From Terriglobia bacterium (GTDB lineage: Bacteria > Acidobacteriota > Terriglobia > JAJPHL01 > JAPKYU01): DNA of 64,000 nt. Shown piece by piece: positions 1 through 10,199 of the stretch; the first letter of the stretch is position 1, and the number at the start of each line of letters is the position of its first letter. The translations under genes were made by a program, and so were the position numbers. Location: the NCBI GenBank assembly GCA_965223005.1, contig CBDCVK010000010.1, positions 896,001 through 960,000 on the forward strand, written 5' to 3'. The notes under the pieces are model-generated. The model saw only the letters and a program-made list of their open reading frames with translations, searched no databases and was not told where the DNA came from.

Positions 1-665
1 TGCAAGTAGCGCAGGGTGACGGCCGCTGGCTGCTCGGCGATGATGGCCGCGGCCGCTGTGAGGCGCGAGGCAGCCTGAAATTCACCTTCGGCGTGAATAA
101 TCTTGGCGCGGCGTTCCCGTTCCGCTTCGGCCTGCTTGGCGATGGCGCGCTTCATCTCGTCGGGCAGGTCCACCTGCTTCACTTCGACCTTGGTCACCTT
201 GATCCCCCACGGTTCGGTGTCCTCGTCGAGAATGGTTTGCAGCCGGGTGTTCAGCTTTTCACGCTGGGCGAGCAGCTCGTCCAATTCCACCTCACCCAAG
301 ACGCTGCGCAAGGTGGTCTGCGCCAGCTGCGAGGTGGCGTAGAGGTAGTTGGTCACCTTCACCACCGCGTCCGACGCATTCATCACCCGGAAGTACAGCA
401 CGGCGTTCACCTTGAGAGTGACGTTGTCGCGGGTGATGACGTCCTGCGGCGGGATGTCCATGGTTTCCACGCGCAGCGGGACGCGCACTATTTGATCAAG
501 CGGCCAAAAGACAAAGATCCAGCCGGGGCCTTTAGACTTCTCCAGCAGCCGCCCCAGGCGGAAGATGACCCCCCGCTCGTACTCCCTCAAGATGTTGATC
601 GAGTTGAAGAAGTAGATAGCAAGAATGACCGCTACAACCCCTAGTGGGCCGAGTCCTAATGGCAT
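1..665 (-). CDS. SPFH/stomatin (slipin) family protein, 3' end runs off the window
   Basis: Not in the ORF track. Manual translation from ATG at 665 (RBS GGAGG): [41 protein letters not shown]...[23 protein letters not shown]...[10 protein letters not shown], typical band-7 motifs. Lies directly downstream of nfeD. Confidence 0.93.
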   Translation of the reverse strand, partial: MPLGLGPLGVVAVILAIYFFNSINILREYERGVIFRLGRLLEKSKGPGWIFVFWPLDQIVRVPLRVETMDIPPQDVITRDNVTLKVNAVLYFRVMNASDAVVKVTNYLYATSQLAQTTLRSVLGEVELDELLAQREKLNTRLQTILDEDTEPWGIKVTKVEVKQVDLPDEMKRAIAKQAEAERERRAKIIHAEGEFQAASRLTAAAAIIAEQPAAVTLRYL

Positions 666-691
666 ATGCACCTCCGTGCAAAATAGTAGGA

Positions 692-2116
692 TTAGATTCG
701 GGGCCGAGTTTCCTTGGCCGGGACCAGGGGCACGCTGCCGTCCGGTTCCACCCGCAGAAGCAGGCCCTCAATGGCCCGCACCCGCACCCGGCAGCCGCGC
801 GGCACCGGTGCGCTACTGACCGCCTTCCAGATTTCTCCCTGGATGAAAATCCTGCCCTCCGGCGACAGGTCGGTCTGCGCGGTCCCCACGTCGTCCAGCA
901 GCCCAGCCTCTCCGGTCACGACTTTGCTTTTCCATGCCTTGAACGCCAGACGGAGCAAGAATACCGTAATCAGGCCCAGGGGCAGGGCAACGGAGAGAGC
1001 GGTGACCAACTTGATCCTCATCTCCGGAATCGGAGTATCCACCAGGATGAGTGCGCCCAGGATCATGGACAGAATACCACCTGCGGCCAGCACCCCATGG
1101 CTCATAAGTTTGGCCTCCAAGAGGAAAAAGGCAAAAGCCAGAATGATCAGGAAGGCGCCCGTCCAGTTGATGGGTAGCAGCGACAAAGCAAACATGCCCA
1201 GTAACAGCAGAATGCCGCCTGCGACGCCGGGGACGATCAGGCCGGGGTTGGAAAACTCAACATACAAGCCCAAAGCTCCCAGTGCCAGCAGAATGAAGGC
1301 GATATTGGGATCAATGATCCGCCGCAGAAAGCGGTAGCGGGCGCTGGGCTCGTAGGCGACCAGCTGGGCGCCGGCCAGGTTGAGCGTGACCGACTCGCCT
1401 CCAAAACGCTGGATGGTCTTCCCATCCATCTTGTTCATCAACTCCTGCGGCGAAGCGGCAATCACCTCAATCAGGCGATTCTCGAGCGCTTCGGTTTCGG
1501 TGAAGGACTTGCTTTCCAGCACCCCCTTCTCGGCCAGTTCCGCGTTGCGCCCGCGCTTGCCGGCGATGGAACGGATGTAGGCGGCGGCATCCTGCTCCAC
1601 CTTCTGGCGCAGCAACTCGTCCATCTTCTGGCCGCCGATGAGCACCGGGTGGGCCGCACCGGTATTCGTGCCAGGGGCCATGGCGGCCACGTCGGCCGAA
1701 AGCAGAATCAGAAAACCGGCCGATGCCGCCCGGCTTCCTCCCGGACCAACCCATGCCAGCACCGGCACCGGCGAGGCAAGAATTTTCTCAATGATTCGCC
1801 GCATGGCGGTGTCCAGGCCGCCGGGGGTGTTCAACCGCAGCAACACCGCGTCGGCCCGTTGCGCTGCGGCAGCCTGCAAGCCACGCTCGATATACTCGGC
1901 GGTGAGCGGGTGGACGATCGTGTCCAGTTCCAGCTTCAGGACGGTAGCATTGCCAGAGCCTGCCGGGGCTGAGGTGGCTGGGGCTGAGCCGGCTGGCAGC
2001 CGCAGCAGCACCACCACCATGACCGGCAGCAAAAAAAACAGCCTGCGATGCCACTGGCGCCAAGCCTGAGGATTTCCCGCTCCGCACTGCGCACTCTGTG
2101 TCATTCTCTCTGTCAC
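692..2116 (-). CDS. nfeD: NfeD family membrane-bound serine protease (ClpP-class domain, TM region, OB fold)
   Basis: Motifs LNTPGG, RAASAG and [12 protein letters not shown], a hydrophobic middle region and a C-terminal GEIWKA OB fold. Canonical pairing with an SPFH gene. Confidence 0.92.
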   Translation of the reverse strand: MTERMTQSAQCGAGNPQAWRQWHRRLFFLLPVMVVVLLRLPAGSAPATSAPAGSGNATVLKLELDTIVHPLTAEYIERGLQAAAAQRADAVLLRLNTPGGLDTAMRRIIEKILASPVPVLAWVGPGGSRAASAGFLILLSADVAAMAPGTNTGAAHPVLIGGQKMDELLRQKVEQDAAAYIRSIAGKRGRNAELAEKGVLESKSFTETEALENRLIEVIAASPQELMNKMDGKTIQRFGGESVTLNLAGAQLVAYEPSARYRFLRRIIDPNIAFILLALGALGLYVEFSNPGLIVPGVAGGILLLLGMFALSLLPINWTGAFLIILAFAFFLLEAKLMSHGVLAAGGILSMILGALILVDTPIPEMRIKLVTALSVALPLGLITVFLLRLAFKAWKSKVVTGEAGLLDDVGTAQTDLSPEGRIFIQGEIWKAVSSAPVPRGCRVRVRAIEGLLLRVEPDGSVPLVPAKETRPRI

Positions 2117-3744
2117 GGCGTTCGCATCTGGATCGTTTCCAGCACGGAGCGGGCGGCGACATTCTCCGGCTCCACTTCGAGCGCCTGCAGGGCTTGCTGT
2201 TCCGCCTCGGCCACCCGCTCCTGTTCCAGATAGATCTTGGCCAGTAGCAGGTGGGCTTCCAAGGAATTTTCCGAGGTCAAAGCCAGGCGCGCTTCTCGAA
2301 CCGCTTCTTCATGACGGCCACCTCGTTCGTGCAGCCACCCCAGCAGGAGATGGGCCTCCGCCCGATTCGGATTCAGCCGCACGGCTTCGCGCAGTTCGCC
2401 GAGTGCCTCAGCGTCCCTTCGCTCACCCAACAATTCGCGACCTCGCTCCAGGTGCGACTCGGCGTGCTGCTCCTTCGGCAGGCGGGACAGGCTTTCTTCC
2501 CTCAATATTTCCAACACCAACTGAAGCTGGCGAAACCTGCGGCCATGATAGTTTTCTTTGAGGCGCTCCAGACCCTGGAAGGCCCGGTCGTCGAGGTCGT
2601 CGAGGTCGGTGATCCGGACGGCGGCGGGGTCATCAACCAGCAACTGGCGTTCCCTGGCAGCTTCCGCAACGTTACCGGCGCGTTCAAGAGATTTCACCAG
2701 CAAAGCACGGACCTGCCCGTCCTCTGGATTTCTCTCCAGCGCCAAGCGAAATTGCCATGCGGCGCTGGCGTACTGGCCCGACTTCCAATGCCGATAACCC
2801 AGATTGAAGCTGTAGACGGGGTCAGCCGGGTCCCCTTCGGCCGCTTTGCGAAAGCTCTCCAGCGCCGCCGGCTGATTGCGCCGCGACTGCGCCGCCCCCA
2901 GGTTGTTGTAGGCCTCATTCAGGGGAAGACGCTCGGCCACTGTCCGGAAGGCGGCTTCCGCCTTCTCGTACTTTTCGAGGGAGAAGTAACAGATTCCCAA
3001 TAGAAACCGGGCCTCCCCAAAGCCGGCTTTCCCGCTCTTCAGCTTAGTGAGCCAGGGGATGGCAGTCGGACAGTCGCGATTCTGGAAATAGAACTTGCCC
3101 AACTCCAGAGCGGCGCTACCGAAGCCCCGGTCTTTTCGCGCGGCTTCGCGAAAAAGTTTCACCTGCTCGGAGCGCGAGGATGCCAGCAAGCCTCGGATGT
3201 AATTTTCCCAGGCGTCGAGACGGACGCGCGGCTCGGGCATCGGCGCCAGGCCGCCCGGCAAGCTGCCGGGACCGACTTCCAGCGCGCGGGAAATCGCCAC
3301 TGCCAGACGGTCCTGCAGCACCAGCAGCTCCGACAGCGGTCTGGCCTGAGTGAATTTGGACTGGAGCCGGGGCGGGTGCATTTCCAGCAGCCGCGCCCGG
3401 GCCTGAAGCTGGCTGGGGGCCGCCAAAGAGTACTGGCCCAGGATGACATAGTCGGCATCGATGGTTTCAGCCAGCTTGAGGATAGTAGCCCGGCTCAGGA
3501 TTCTGGCCGCGGGGATGCCCAGCAGATCGAAGGCCGCAGCGCGTTCTTCGCGGCTGACAACGTAAAAAGACGGCCCATCCAAGCGCTCAGCCAGCCCTTC
3601 GGCGAAGCTCTCGCTGATCCACTCCAGGTGGGCGTCGCCGGTCTGGTTCTCGAAGGGGAGGATCATGCAGGTGGTGCTGTGCGCTGCCACGGCCAGCAGA
3701 AACCACGCCACCGCTGCCAACCCCAGGGTCTGCCGAACTTTCAT
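2113..3744 (-). CDS. Secreted tetratricopeptide repeat protein with N-terminal TolB-N/CsgG-like domain
   Basis: Signal peptide, ILPFEN motif and multiple TPR helices (EAYNNLG, AHLLLG). Overlaps the nfeD ORF by 4 bp. Confidence 0.8.
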   Translation of the reverse strand: MKVRQTLGLAAVAWFLLAVAAHSTTCMILPFENQTGDAHLEWISESFAEGLAERLDGPSFYVVSREERAAAFDLLGIPAARILSRATILKLAETIDADYVILGQYSLAAPSQLQARARLLEMHPPRLQSKFTQARPLSELLVLQDRLAVAISRALEVGPGSLPGGLAPMPEPRVRLDAWENYIRGLLASSRSEQVKLFREAARKDRGFGSAALELGKFYFQNRDCPTAIPWLTKLKSGKAGFGEARFLLGICYFSLEKYEKAEAAFRTVAERLPLNEAYNNLGAAQSRRNQPAALESFRKAAEGDPADPVYSFNLGYRHWKSGQYASAAWQFRLALERNPEDGQVRALLVKSLERAGNVAEAARERQLLVDDPAAVRITDLDDLDDRAFQGLERLKENYHGRRFRQLQLVLEILREESLSRLPKEQHAESHLERGRELLGERRDAEALGELREAVRLNPNRAEAHLLLGWLHERGGRHEEAVREARLALTSENSLEAHLLLAKIYLEQERVAEAEQQALQALEVEPENVAARSVLETIQMRTP

Positions 3745-3895
3745 GCCAGCCTCGCGCCTCCAGTTATTATATCCGAAATCGGAAGCTCGGGTCCGAAGGA
3801 CGAGGCGATGCCGGAGGACGGGCCGGAGGGGAAAGCCGGGGGCGGCGAGGAGTTATTGGCGGGAGCAGTCGTGCTGCGCTGGCGGGACTCGCTTT

Positions 3896-3978
3896 GGTAG
3901 TAGGTCAGTTTCCGGACAGCACGTTGTACATGCAAGTGGGCTGGGTAGCAGCATGGGTAAACACTAACTGACTAGTGG
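3896..3978 (-). repeat. Dispersed ~80-bp element, copy A (divergent middle)
   Basis: Reverse complement reads CCACTAGTCAGTTAGTGTTTACC...CCGGAAACTGACCTACTACC. Both ends match copies B and C. Confidence 0.7.
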
Positions 3979-4224
3979 AGACCTAAGCTTGAGTCGCGAG
4001 AGAGTAGCTGGCGTAGGATCTTGAGTCGAGCGAAGATTGAAATCGAAAATTCTCGCAAATTGGAACTGTGAGGGGCGGCCCGTCGGTGTTCCCCTGTTGA
4101 CGTCTACGACACAGAGGTGGGTTGCGCTGGAGTGAGAGATGAGAAAAAATAGGGGCGGGCAGGGTTTGGAAGCGTAGAACGGCTCCGGATTCCCACGGGC
4201 GAGTTTGTGGTGCAGCCGAAGGGC

Positions 4225-4980
4225 ATGGCAAAGCTGATTCTGAAGTACGAGACCAAGGTGCTCCAAGAAATCCCGCTAACGCGGCCCATTATCACCATCG
4301 GTCGAACCCCCGACAACGATGTGGTCATTGACAACCCGGCGGTCAGCACCCACCACGCCCGCATCTTTTTCGATGACGAAAAATTCAAGTTGGAAGATCT
4401 GAACAGCCTGAATGGCACCTTTGTCAATCAACAGCCCGTCCGCAACGCGTTCCTCAAGAACGGGGATGAGGTCTCGATCGGCAAGCATACTCTGGCCTAC
4501 CAGGACGAGGGTGGGGCAATGCCTACCATGCAGATCCGCACTGAACAGCCCAAGGCCCTTCCCAAGCTGGAAGAGACCGTCGTACTCGACACACAGAAAC
4601 AACGGGAGCTGCTCCAAAAGGCCAGGATGGCCAACGGTTGGTTCTCGCCAGGCCCCGCGAAGGTGGGCACCCTCATTGTCGTGGGGGGCAACACCGGCCA
4701 GATGGAATACAACCTGACTAGCAAACTGACTTTGATCGGCAAATCGCCCCTGGCCTCGGTCAAGCTGAAGGGCTGGTTCGCTCCCGATGTCGCCGCAGTC
4801 ATCAACAAGCGTGAGGCCAGCTACCAGATCGCTCCCTCTGGCAGGGGCAGGCGCAGGGTCAGGCTCAATGGCCAGACGCTAGCCGGTCCGCAGGATCTGC
4901 GGGAAGGCGACCTAATCGAAATCGCCGGCGTCAAGCTGCAGTTCACTCTACATGCGCCAGGGGGCGGACGAAGATCCTGA
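4225..4980 (+). CDS. Tandem FHA domain protein
   Basis: First FHA domain IGR..DNDVVI..PAVSTHHA..DLNSLNGTFVN; second degenerate FHA domain IGK...LNG...LREGDLIEI. Start placed at ATG 4225. Confidence 0.88.
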   Translation: MAKLILKYETKVLQEIPLTRPIITIGRTPDNDVVIDNPAVSTHHARIFFDDEKFKLEDLNSLNGTFVNQQPVRNAFLKNGDEVSIGKHTLAYQDEGGAMPTMQIRTEQPKALPKLEETVVLDTQKQRELLQKARMANGWFSPGPAKVGTLIVVGGNTGQMEYNLTSKLTLIGKSPLASVKLKGWFAPDVAAVINKREASYQIAPSGRGRRRVRLNGQTLAGPQDLREGDLIEIAGVKLQFTLHAPGGGRRS

Positions 4981-5030
4981 TGACCGCCAAGCAACTGCTG
5001 GAAATCGCCGGTGGCTCCCTTTGGTAAGTA
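4980..5030 (+). pseudogene. Truncated gene start coupled to the FHA gene (possibly a Stp1/PP2C phosphatase N-terminus)
   Basis: TGATG overlap, then MTAKQLLEIAG, then an early stop. FHA genes are commonly followed by PP2C genes; that identity is inference. Confidence 0.3.
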
Positions 5031-5141
5031 GAGCGGCTCGGCGAGTGGGGTCTTGAAGGGGGGGGGGACGAGTGTGGTTTACTTCCGGTCCACGGTTCCT
5101 CACAAGCTATTCCGAAAGAGGAATCGAATGAGGGGTACCTG

Positions 5142-5681
5142 ATGAAAACGCACCTGAAGTCTTTCGCAGTTTCCGTGGCGCTCTGCTTCTTCGTGGGGGG
5201 GGCGGCACAGGCAGACAAGCATGAGGCGGAGCGCATCGCCGAGGCGGAGAGCGCGGCTCCCAAGGCCATTACCAAGGATGCCACGATCAAAGCGCCGGAC
5301 GGCAAGGTGCTGAGACAGGGGACGAATGGCTGGACCTGCTACCCAGGCTCCGCAGCCATCGGGCCGATGTGTAACCGAACTCAGTGGGATGCGCTGCTCG
5401 GTGCCTTGCAGAAGCGTGAGGCGATCGACGTCAAGGAGTTCAGCGTGTCCTACATGCTGGCCGGCGAGGGAGAGGCCATCGGCGTCAGTAATTCAGATCC
5501 GTTCGCCACCGACCCAACCGCCAAGGACGACTGGGTCAAAGAAGGACCACACCTCATGATCTTGGTGCCAGATCCGGCCACTCTTGAGGGGCTTTCCACG
5601 GATCCGAAGGATCCTGTCTACGTGATGTGGAAGGGCACTCCGTACGCCCACATCATGGTCAAGGTCTCAAAAGAGAAGTAG
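5142..5681 (+). CDS. Secreted hypothetical protein (GTNGWTC...PMC...YML...GPHLMI...PYAHIM family)
   Basis: Signal peptide, RBS GAGGGG, and conserved-looking Cys/His motifs. Confidence 0.75.
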   Translation: MKTHLKSFAVSVALCFFVGGAAQADKHEAERIAEAESAAPKAITKDATIKAPDGKVLRQGTNGWTCYPGSAAIGPMCNRTQWDALLGALQKREAIDVKEFSVSYMLAGEGEAIGVSNSDPFATDPTAKDDWVKEGPHLMILVPDPATLEGLSTDPKDPVYVMWKGTPYAHIMVKVSKEK

Positions 5682-5704
5682 GTGCGGACCTGACGGACAA
5701 CGGA

Positions 5705-5765
5705 ACGACCCGGATATCCTCATCGCCGGAGGCGGCATCCAGGGCGTGACACTCCTGCATGAACC
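5705..5765 (+). pseudogene. Fragment of an FAD-dependent oxidoreductase N-terminus
   Basis: Translates as PDILIAGGGIQGVTLLHE (Rossmann GxGxxG), then breaks off. Confidence 0.45.
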
Positions 5766-5874
5766 GCGGGGTAGGTAGAGTAGACCCAGGGCGGCTTCCA
5801 AAGCCACACCGCCACCATCGCGGTACAGTAAGCGCTCAGCTACCTCTTTGTCAGTAGCAGTGCCGGATAGATCG

Positions 5875-5951
5875 CCCCTAACGGGCTAGCGTTTATCAAT
5901 CCCGGTTTCAGTTGGACGTATAGTCGGCTTATCGGAAACTGACCCACTACC
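5875..5951 (+). repeat. Dispersed 77-bp element, copy B
   Basis: 67/77 identical, ungapped, to 62789-62865 by manual alignment. Confidence 0.85.
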
Positions 5952-6116
5952 CTCGCTTTTGTTTGAGACGGCACTGGGGCCACGACCAACACAATCCTAT
6001 TTACGCGGCGAACCTCTTGCGATAAAATCCAAGAAGGTGCTTCGAGAGCGGTCTTCTGCCTGAACATTTATCCCGGGTTCCGGCTGCGCTGGCGACTTCC
6101 CGACCTTCCCAGTAGG

Positions 6117-6130
6117 CACAAAATGTTGTG
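6117..6130. promoter_or_regulatory. Possible NrdR-box-like palindrome upstream of smc
   Basis: CACAAAATGTTGTG resembles the consensus acaCwAtATaTwGtgt. A weaker second copy, CTCAAAATGGAGTA, starts 30 bp downstream. Confidence 0.3.
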
Positions 6131-6294
6131 GCCCATTCCTAGAGGACTCAAAATGGAGTAGGTTTTGGCTTTACAAACCCCTACTCCAGCGCTACTATCC
6201 ACCCAGTGCCCCGAAGGGATAACTTTCCGCGGCGCCCCTGGGCCAGGCTGAGTTGCGCCATTCTGAGTTGGGGACCAACAAAGGAAGGTTTGCC

Positions 6295-9200
6295 TTGCTC
6301 AAGCTAAAGAAGGTCGAGCTCATCGGGTTCAAATCCTTTTGCGACCGCACCGAGATGGTCTTTAACGGAGCGGGAATCACCGCCGTGGTGGGTCCCAATG
6401 GGTGCGGCAAGTCGAATATCAGCGACGCCATCAGTTGGGTGCTGGGGGAGCAGTCGGCCAAGAGCCTGCGGGGCGGCACCATGCAGGATGTGATCTTCAA
6501 CGGCACGCGAGACCGCAGGCCGACAGGTTTTGCCGAAGTTTCCCTGACGCTGGCCGATACCGATTACCACGCCGAGGACTGCCCCCCGCTGCCGGGAACA
6601 GAGCTGCCGGGAACAGAGCTGGCGGCGATGGCCGTAGCTCCGTCAACTGCGGCAGAAACCCCGGGCACGCCAAGCTATGTGCTCCAAAGCCGCCCGGCCG
6701 AGGAGCCCTCGTTCCGCCCCTCGGCACCAAAGGTCGCACCGAAGGTCGGACCGGAGGTCGTCATCTGCCGCCGTCTGTTCCGCTCGGGAGAAAGTGAATA
6801 CCTGCTCGACGGCAGGCCAAGCCGGCTGCGGGATATCCAGGAGCTGTTCTGGGGTACCGGCCTGGGGCACGGCTCCTACGCCATTATCGAGCAAGGAAAA
6901 ATCGGGCAAATCCTCAACGCCAAACCCTACGAGCGGCGCGCTCTGATTGAGGAGGCGGCGGGAATCACCAAGTACAAGAACAAGCGCCGGCTGGCCGAAG
7001 CCAAGCTGGAAAGCTCCAAGCAGAACCTGAATCGCGTGAACGACATCCTGGAGGAAGTGACCAGACAGGTGAACTCGCTGAAGCGCCAGGCCTCCAAAGC
7101 GCGGCGGTACGCGGAGTTGCGAGAGGAATTCCGTGGGCGGCTGCGCGCCGTGCTGTCCAGCCGGCACGCCGAGATGGAGCGTCAGGCGGTGCAATCGGCC
7201 CTGGAGCTGAGCCTGGCTTCCAACCGCTCGCAAGAGATGGGGGCGCGGGTGGAGGCCTTGGAGCAGGAGCACATCGGGCTGAACCGCGCCGGCTATCAGC
7301 AGGAGGAGGCGCTGCGCCACCAGCGCGACCGCATCGCCTCACTCGACATGGAAGCGGACCGGGCGCGCAATCGTATTTCGTATCAGCAGCAGCAGGCGAA
7401 GGAACTGGAGACCCGTCTTCGCGAGCAGGAGGCGAGACAGACCCAACTCGGGACCCGGCTGGAGTCGCTCGAGCGCGAATTGGTGGAGTGCCGAGCGGTG
7501 CTGGCCGCCGCTGAGGCCGAAGAGAAAATGGCGCAGGCGGAGGTCGAGGGGCGGGCCACTGAGTTGTCGCGCACCGAGCAACAACTGCACTCGCGCGAGA
7601 GTGAGCTGGACAACCTTCGCGATTCCGTGCTTGCCCGGATGGGTGAGCTGGCCGAACTCCGCAACCAGCTGACCCAAGTCGAAGAGTACCTGGCCGGCCT
7701 CCAGCGTCAGGGTGAACGCGGCGAACGCGAGCTGACGGCCGCTGCCGAAGAGCAGGCCGGACTCCGCAAGCAGCAAGGAGCGCTTCTGGCCAAGCAGGCA
7801 CAGCAGCAGCTCGACTTGCAATACGTGAATGCCGAGCGGGCCACGGTGGAATCGAGGCTCGGTGAACTGAAAGTCGAGGTGCGCCGTGTCAGCGGGGAAC
7901 TGGAGCAGCTCCGCGGCGACTACGCCGACGTGCGCGCACGCCGCGACTCGCTGGAGCAAATCCTTTCCCACCGCGCCTATACGGCCGAAGCGGTCAAGAA
8001 ACTATTCGCGTCGAACGGAGAAGGAAACATGCGCCTGCCCGAGGGGTTCCGCCCCCTGGGCATCCTGGCCGATTTCTTGGAGGCCGAGCCGCGTTTTGAG
8101 ACTGTGGTGGAGGATTTTCTGGTCGAGGAGCTGGAGTACGTGGTGGTGAAGAGCTGGGATGCCGCGCAGGAAGGCGTGCACCTGCTGCGTTCCGAGGGCG
8201 AGGGGCGCGCTACCTTCCTGGTGCACCCGGAAGCGCCTCTGCCTCTCGCGGGCAATGGCTTGGGCTCCCTCCCGCCGGGGCTGACTCCGCTGAAGGACTT
8301 TGTCCGGTTGACGAACGGATTGCCGCGGGCAGCCGAGACGCTGTTGCCTAGGCTAGCGCTTAGTTACGTCGCAGATTCGGCCGCCGCAGCCCGCGAGTTG
8401 GCTCTGGCTCACCCGCAATGTTACTTCCTGGCTCCGGAAGGTGAGTGTTTCCACGGCTCAACGCTGACCGGCGGCAAGCGTGCCGGTGCCGGTCCGCTCG
8501 GGTTGAAGCGTGAGCTGCGTCAGGTGACCCAGCAGGCAGGCGAACTCGCGCGGCACATTGACGCCTCTGCCGCCGGTTTGCGTGCCAGCGAAGAGGAAGC
8601 GGCCAGGATTGCGGCTTCGCTGGAGAAGCTGCGCGGAGACGAGGTGGAGCGGGAAAAGCTGGGAGTCGGCCTGGATCAGGAACTGCGCCAGCTTGCAGGG
8701 CAACTGGCGCGTGCCGCCGAGCAACTTTCGGTAGCGCGGCTGGAGCTTCAGCGGCTCGAGCAGGAGCGCGCGCGCGCGGCCGAGCATGCTGAACGCTTGC
8801 GGTCAGAAGCCGAAGGCCGGGAACGCGCCCGCCAGGAGCTGGAAGCGCGCTTGTCGGAAGCCACAGTGGCCGCCGCCGAACTGGGGGAGGCCCGGATTGC
8901 CGCGTCAGCCGCACTGGCCGAGGCACGAGCCCGGGCTGCGGCCTTGCGAGAGCGCCGGAGCGCGGCCGCCGCAACCACCGTGCGCCTCGACGACTTGGTG
9001 GTCCAAGAACGCTCCCAAGCGGAAGAGCTGGAACGCCAACTCGACTCCGGCCGGCAGGAACTGAAACGCCTGGCGCACGAACAGGCGGAGCTGGAGCGCC
9101 GGGCGGCCGAAGCGGTTGCCGGGCGCGCAGCTGCCGAACAGGCCGCTGACGAGCTTCAGAAGGCGCTGGAGGAAGGCCGGCAACGGCTGGCGGGGCTGGA

Positions 9201-10098
9201 AGAGCAGACCCGCATGGCCCGTGCAGAACTGGACGAGCAGCGCGAGCGCAAGTCGGCCGCAGAAGTTGCCCTGGCCCGGCAACAAAGCGCTCTGGGGCAC
9301 CTGGGCGAACTCTGCCGGAACGACCTTGGCCTCGCCCTTGAGGAACTCGCTGCTGATCCGGCCGAACTGCTGGCAGACGAAGCCCTGGCGCAGGCCGAAG
9401 AAGAGACCCGCCAACTGCGCGCCCGGATCGAAGCGATGGGTCCGGTCAACATGATGGCCCTGGAAGAGTATCAGGAGGCCCGGCAGCGGCAGGAATTCCT
9501 CGACACCCAGCGCCAGGATCTGCTGGACGCCATCCGCGACACCCAGCAGACGATTCAGGAAATCGAGGCCGTGTCGCGCCGGCAGTTCCTGGAGGCCTTC
9601 CAGGCCATCAACGCCAACTTCCAGGAAACCTTCCGGACCTTGTTTGGCGGCGGCACAGGGATGATGAAACTGAGCGAGGAAGAGAATCTCAGCGAGAGCG
9701 GCGTGGACCTGATCGCGCAACCGCCGGGAAAGCGTTTGCAGAATGTCCTGCTGCTTTCCGGCGGGGAGAAAGCGCTGGCCGCGATGGCTCTGGTGTTGTC
9801 AATTTTTCAATACCAACCCAGCCCCTTCTGTGTCCTGGACGAAGTAGACGCGCCATTGGATGACGCTAACATCGGGCGCTTCACCAGGCTTGTCGAGCAG
9901 ATGACTCCCAGCACTCAGTTTATTATCATCACCCACAGCAAGAAGACCATGGAGGCGTCTCCGGCGCTGTACGGGGTGACGATGGAGGAGCCGGGGGTTT
10001 CCAAGCTGGTCTCGGTGAAATTGGGCCAGACCGAACTAGACGCAGTGAGCCATCAGCGAGCCACTCCACGGGGACAAGCCGTAGGCGCCATCGCCTAA
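6295..10098 (+). CDS. smc: Chromosome segregation protein SMC
   Basis: GFKSF, Walker A GPNGCGKSN, long coiled coils, hinge GRATFL, LSGGEK signature and Walker B VLDEVDAPLD. Start probably TTG at 6295. Confidence 0.97.
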   Translation: MLKLKKVELIGFKSFCDRTEMVFNGAGITAVVGPNGCGKSNISDAISWVLGEQSAKSLRGGTMQDVIFNGTRDRRPTGFAEVSLTLADTDYHAEDCPPLPGTELPGTELAAMAVAPSTAAETPGTPSYVLQSRPAEEPSFRPSAPKVAPKVGPEVVICRRLFRSGESEYLLDGRPSRLRDIQELFWGTGLGHGSYAIIEQGKIGQILNAKPYERRALIEEAAGITKYKNKRRLAEAKLESSKQNLNRVNDILEEVTRQVNSLKRQASKARRYAELREEFRGRLRAVLSSRHAEMERQAVQSALELSLASNRSQEMGARVEALEQEHIGLNRAGYQQEEALRHQRDRIASLDMEADRARNRISYQQQQAKELETRLREQEARQTQLGTRLESLERELVECRAVLAAAEAEEKMAQAEVEGRATELSRTEQQLHSRESELDNLRDSVLARMGELAELRNQLTQVEEYLAGLQRQGERGERELTAAAEEQAGLRKQQGALLAKQAQQQLDLQYVNAERATVESRLGELKVEVRRVSGELEQLRGDYADVRARRDSLEQILSHRAYTAEAVKKLFASNGEGNMRLPEGFRPLGILADFLEAEPRFETVVEDFLVEELEYVVVKSWDAAQEGVHLLRSEGEGRATFLVHPEAPLPLAGNGLGSLPPGLTPLKDFVRLTNGLPRAAETLLPRLALSYVADSAAAARELALAHPQCYFLAPEGECFHGSTLTGGKRAGAGPLGLKRELRQVTQQAGELARHIDASAAGLRASEEEAARIAASLEKLRGDEVEREKLGVGLDQELRQLAGQLARAAEQLSVARLELQRLEQERARAAEHAERLRSEAEGRERARQELEARLSEATVAAAELGEARIAASAALAEARARAAALRERRSAAAATTVRLDDLVVQERSQAEELERQLDSGRQELKRLAHEQAELERRAAEAVAGRAAAEQAADELQKALEEGRQRLAGLEEQTRMARAELDEQRERKSAAEVALARQQSALGHLGELCRNDLGLALEELAADPAELLADEALAQAEEETRQLRARIEAMGPVNMMALEEYQEARQRQEFLDTQRQDLLDAIRDTQQTIQEIEAVSRRQFLEAFQAINANFQETFRTLFGGGTGMMKLSEEENLSESGVDLIAQPPGKRLQNVLLLSGGEKALAAMALVLSIFQYQPSPFCVLDEVDAPLDDANIGRFTRLVEQMTPSTQFIIITHSKKTMEASPALYGVTMEEPGVSKLVSVKLGQTELDAVSHQRATPRGQAVGAIA

Positions 10099-10199
10099 CA
10101 CCCCCTAGAAAGGTGTGCCTGCTGCTAGATTGGCGGGGCCTTTCAGCATCCAGCTGGAGCAACTGAACTGTCGCGGGCGCGGTCTCCGTGCTGACGCTT

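Noticed and set aside
93-644. 183-aa plus-strand ORF
   Set aside because: Antisense shadow of the SPFH gene, which has clear family motifs on the minus strand.
5058-5067. G10 homopolymer as a phase-variation switch
   Set aside because: It is intergenic with no identifiable promoter elements around it, so nothing supports a function.
5875-5921. The 77-bp element as an integron attC site (CTAAC...GTTRRRY)
   Set aside because: The span between the core-like motifs is only about 42 bp, copy A lacks the arrangement, and there is no integrase or cassette array.
6304-9720. Many long overlapping ORFs within smc, and likewise within rnr and lhr
   Set aside because: Expected shadow ORFs in high-GC coding DNA, with no recognisable motifs.
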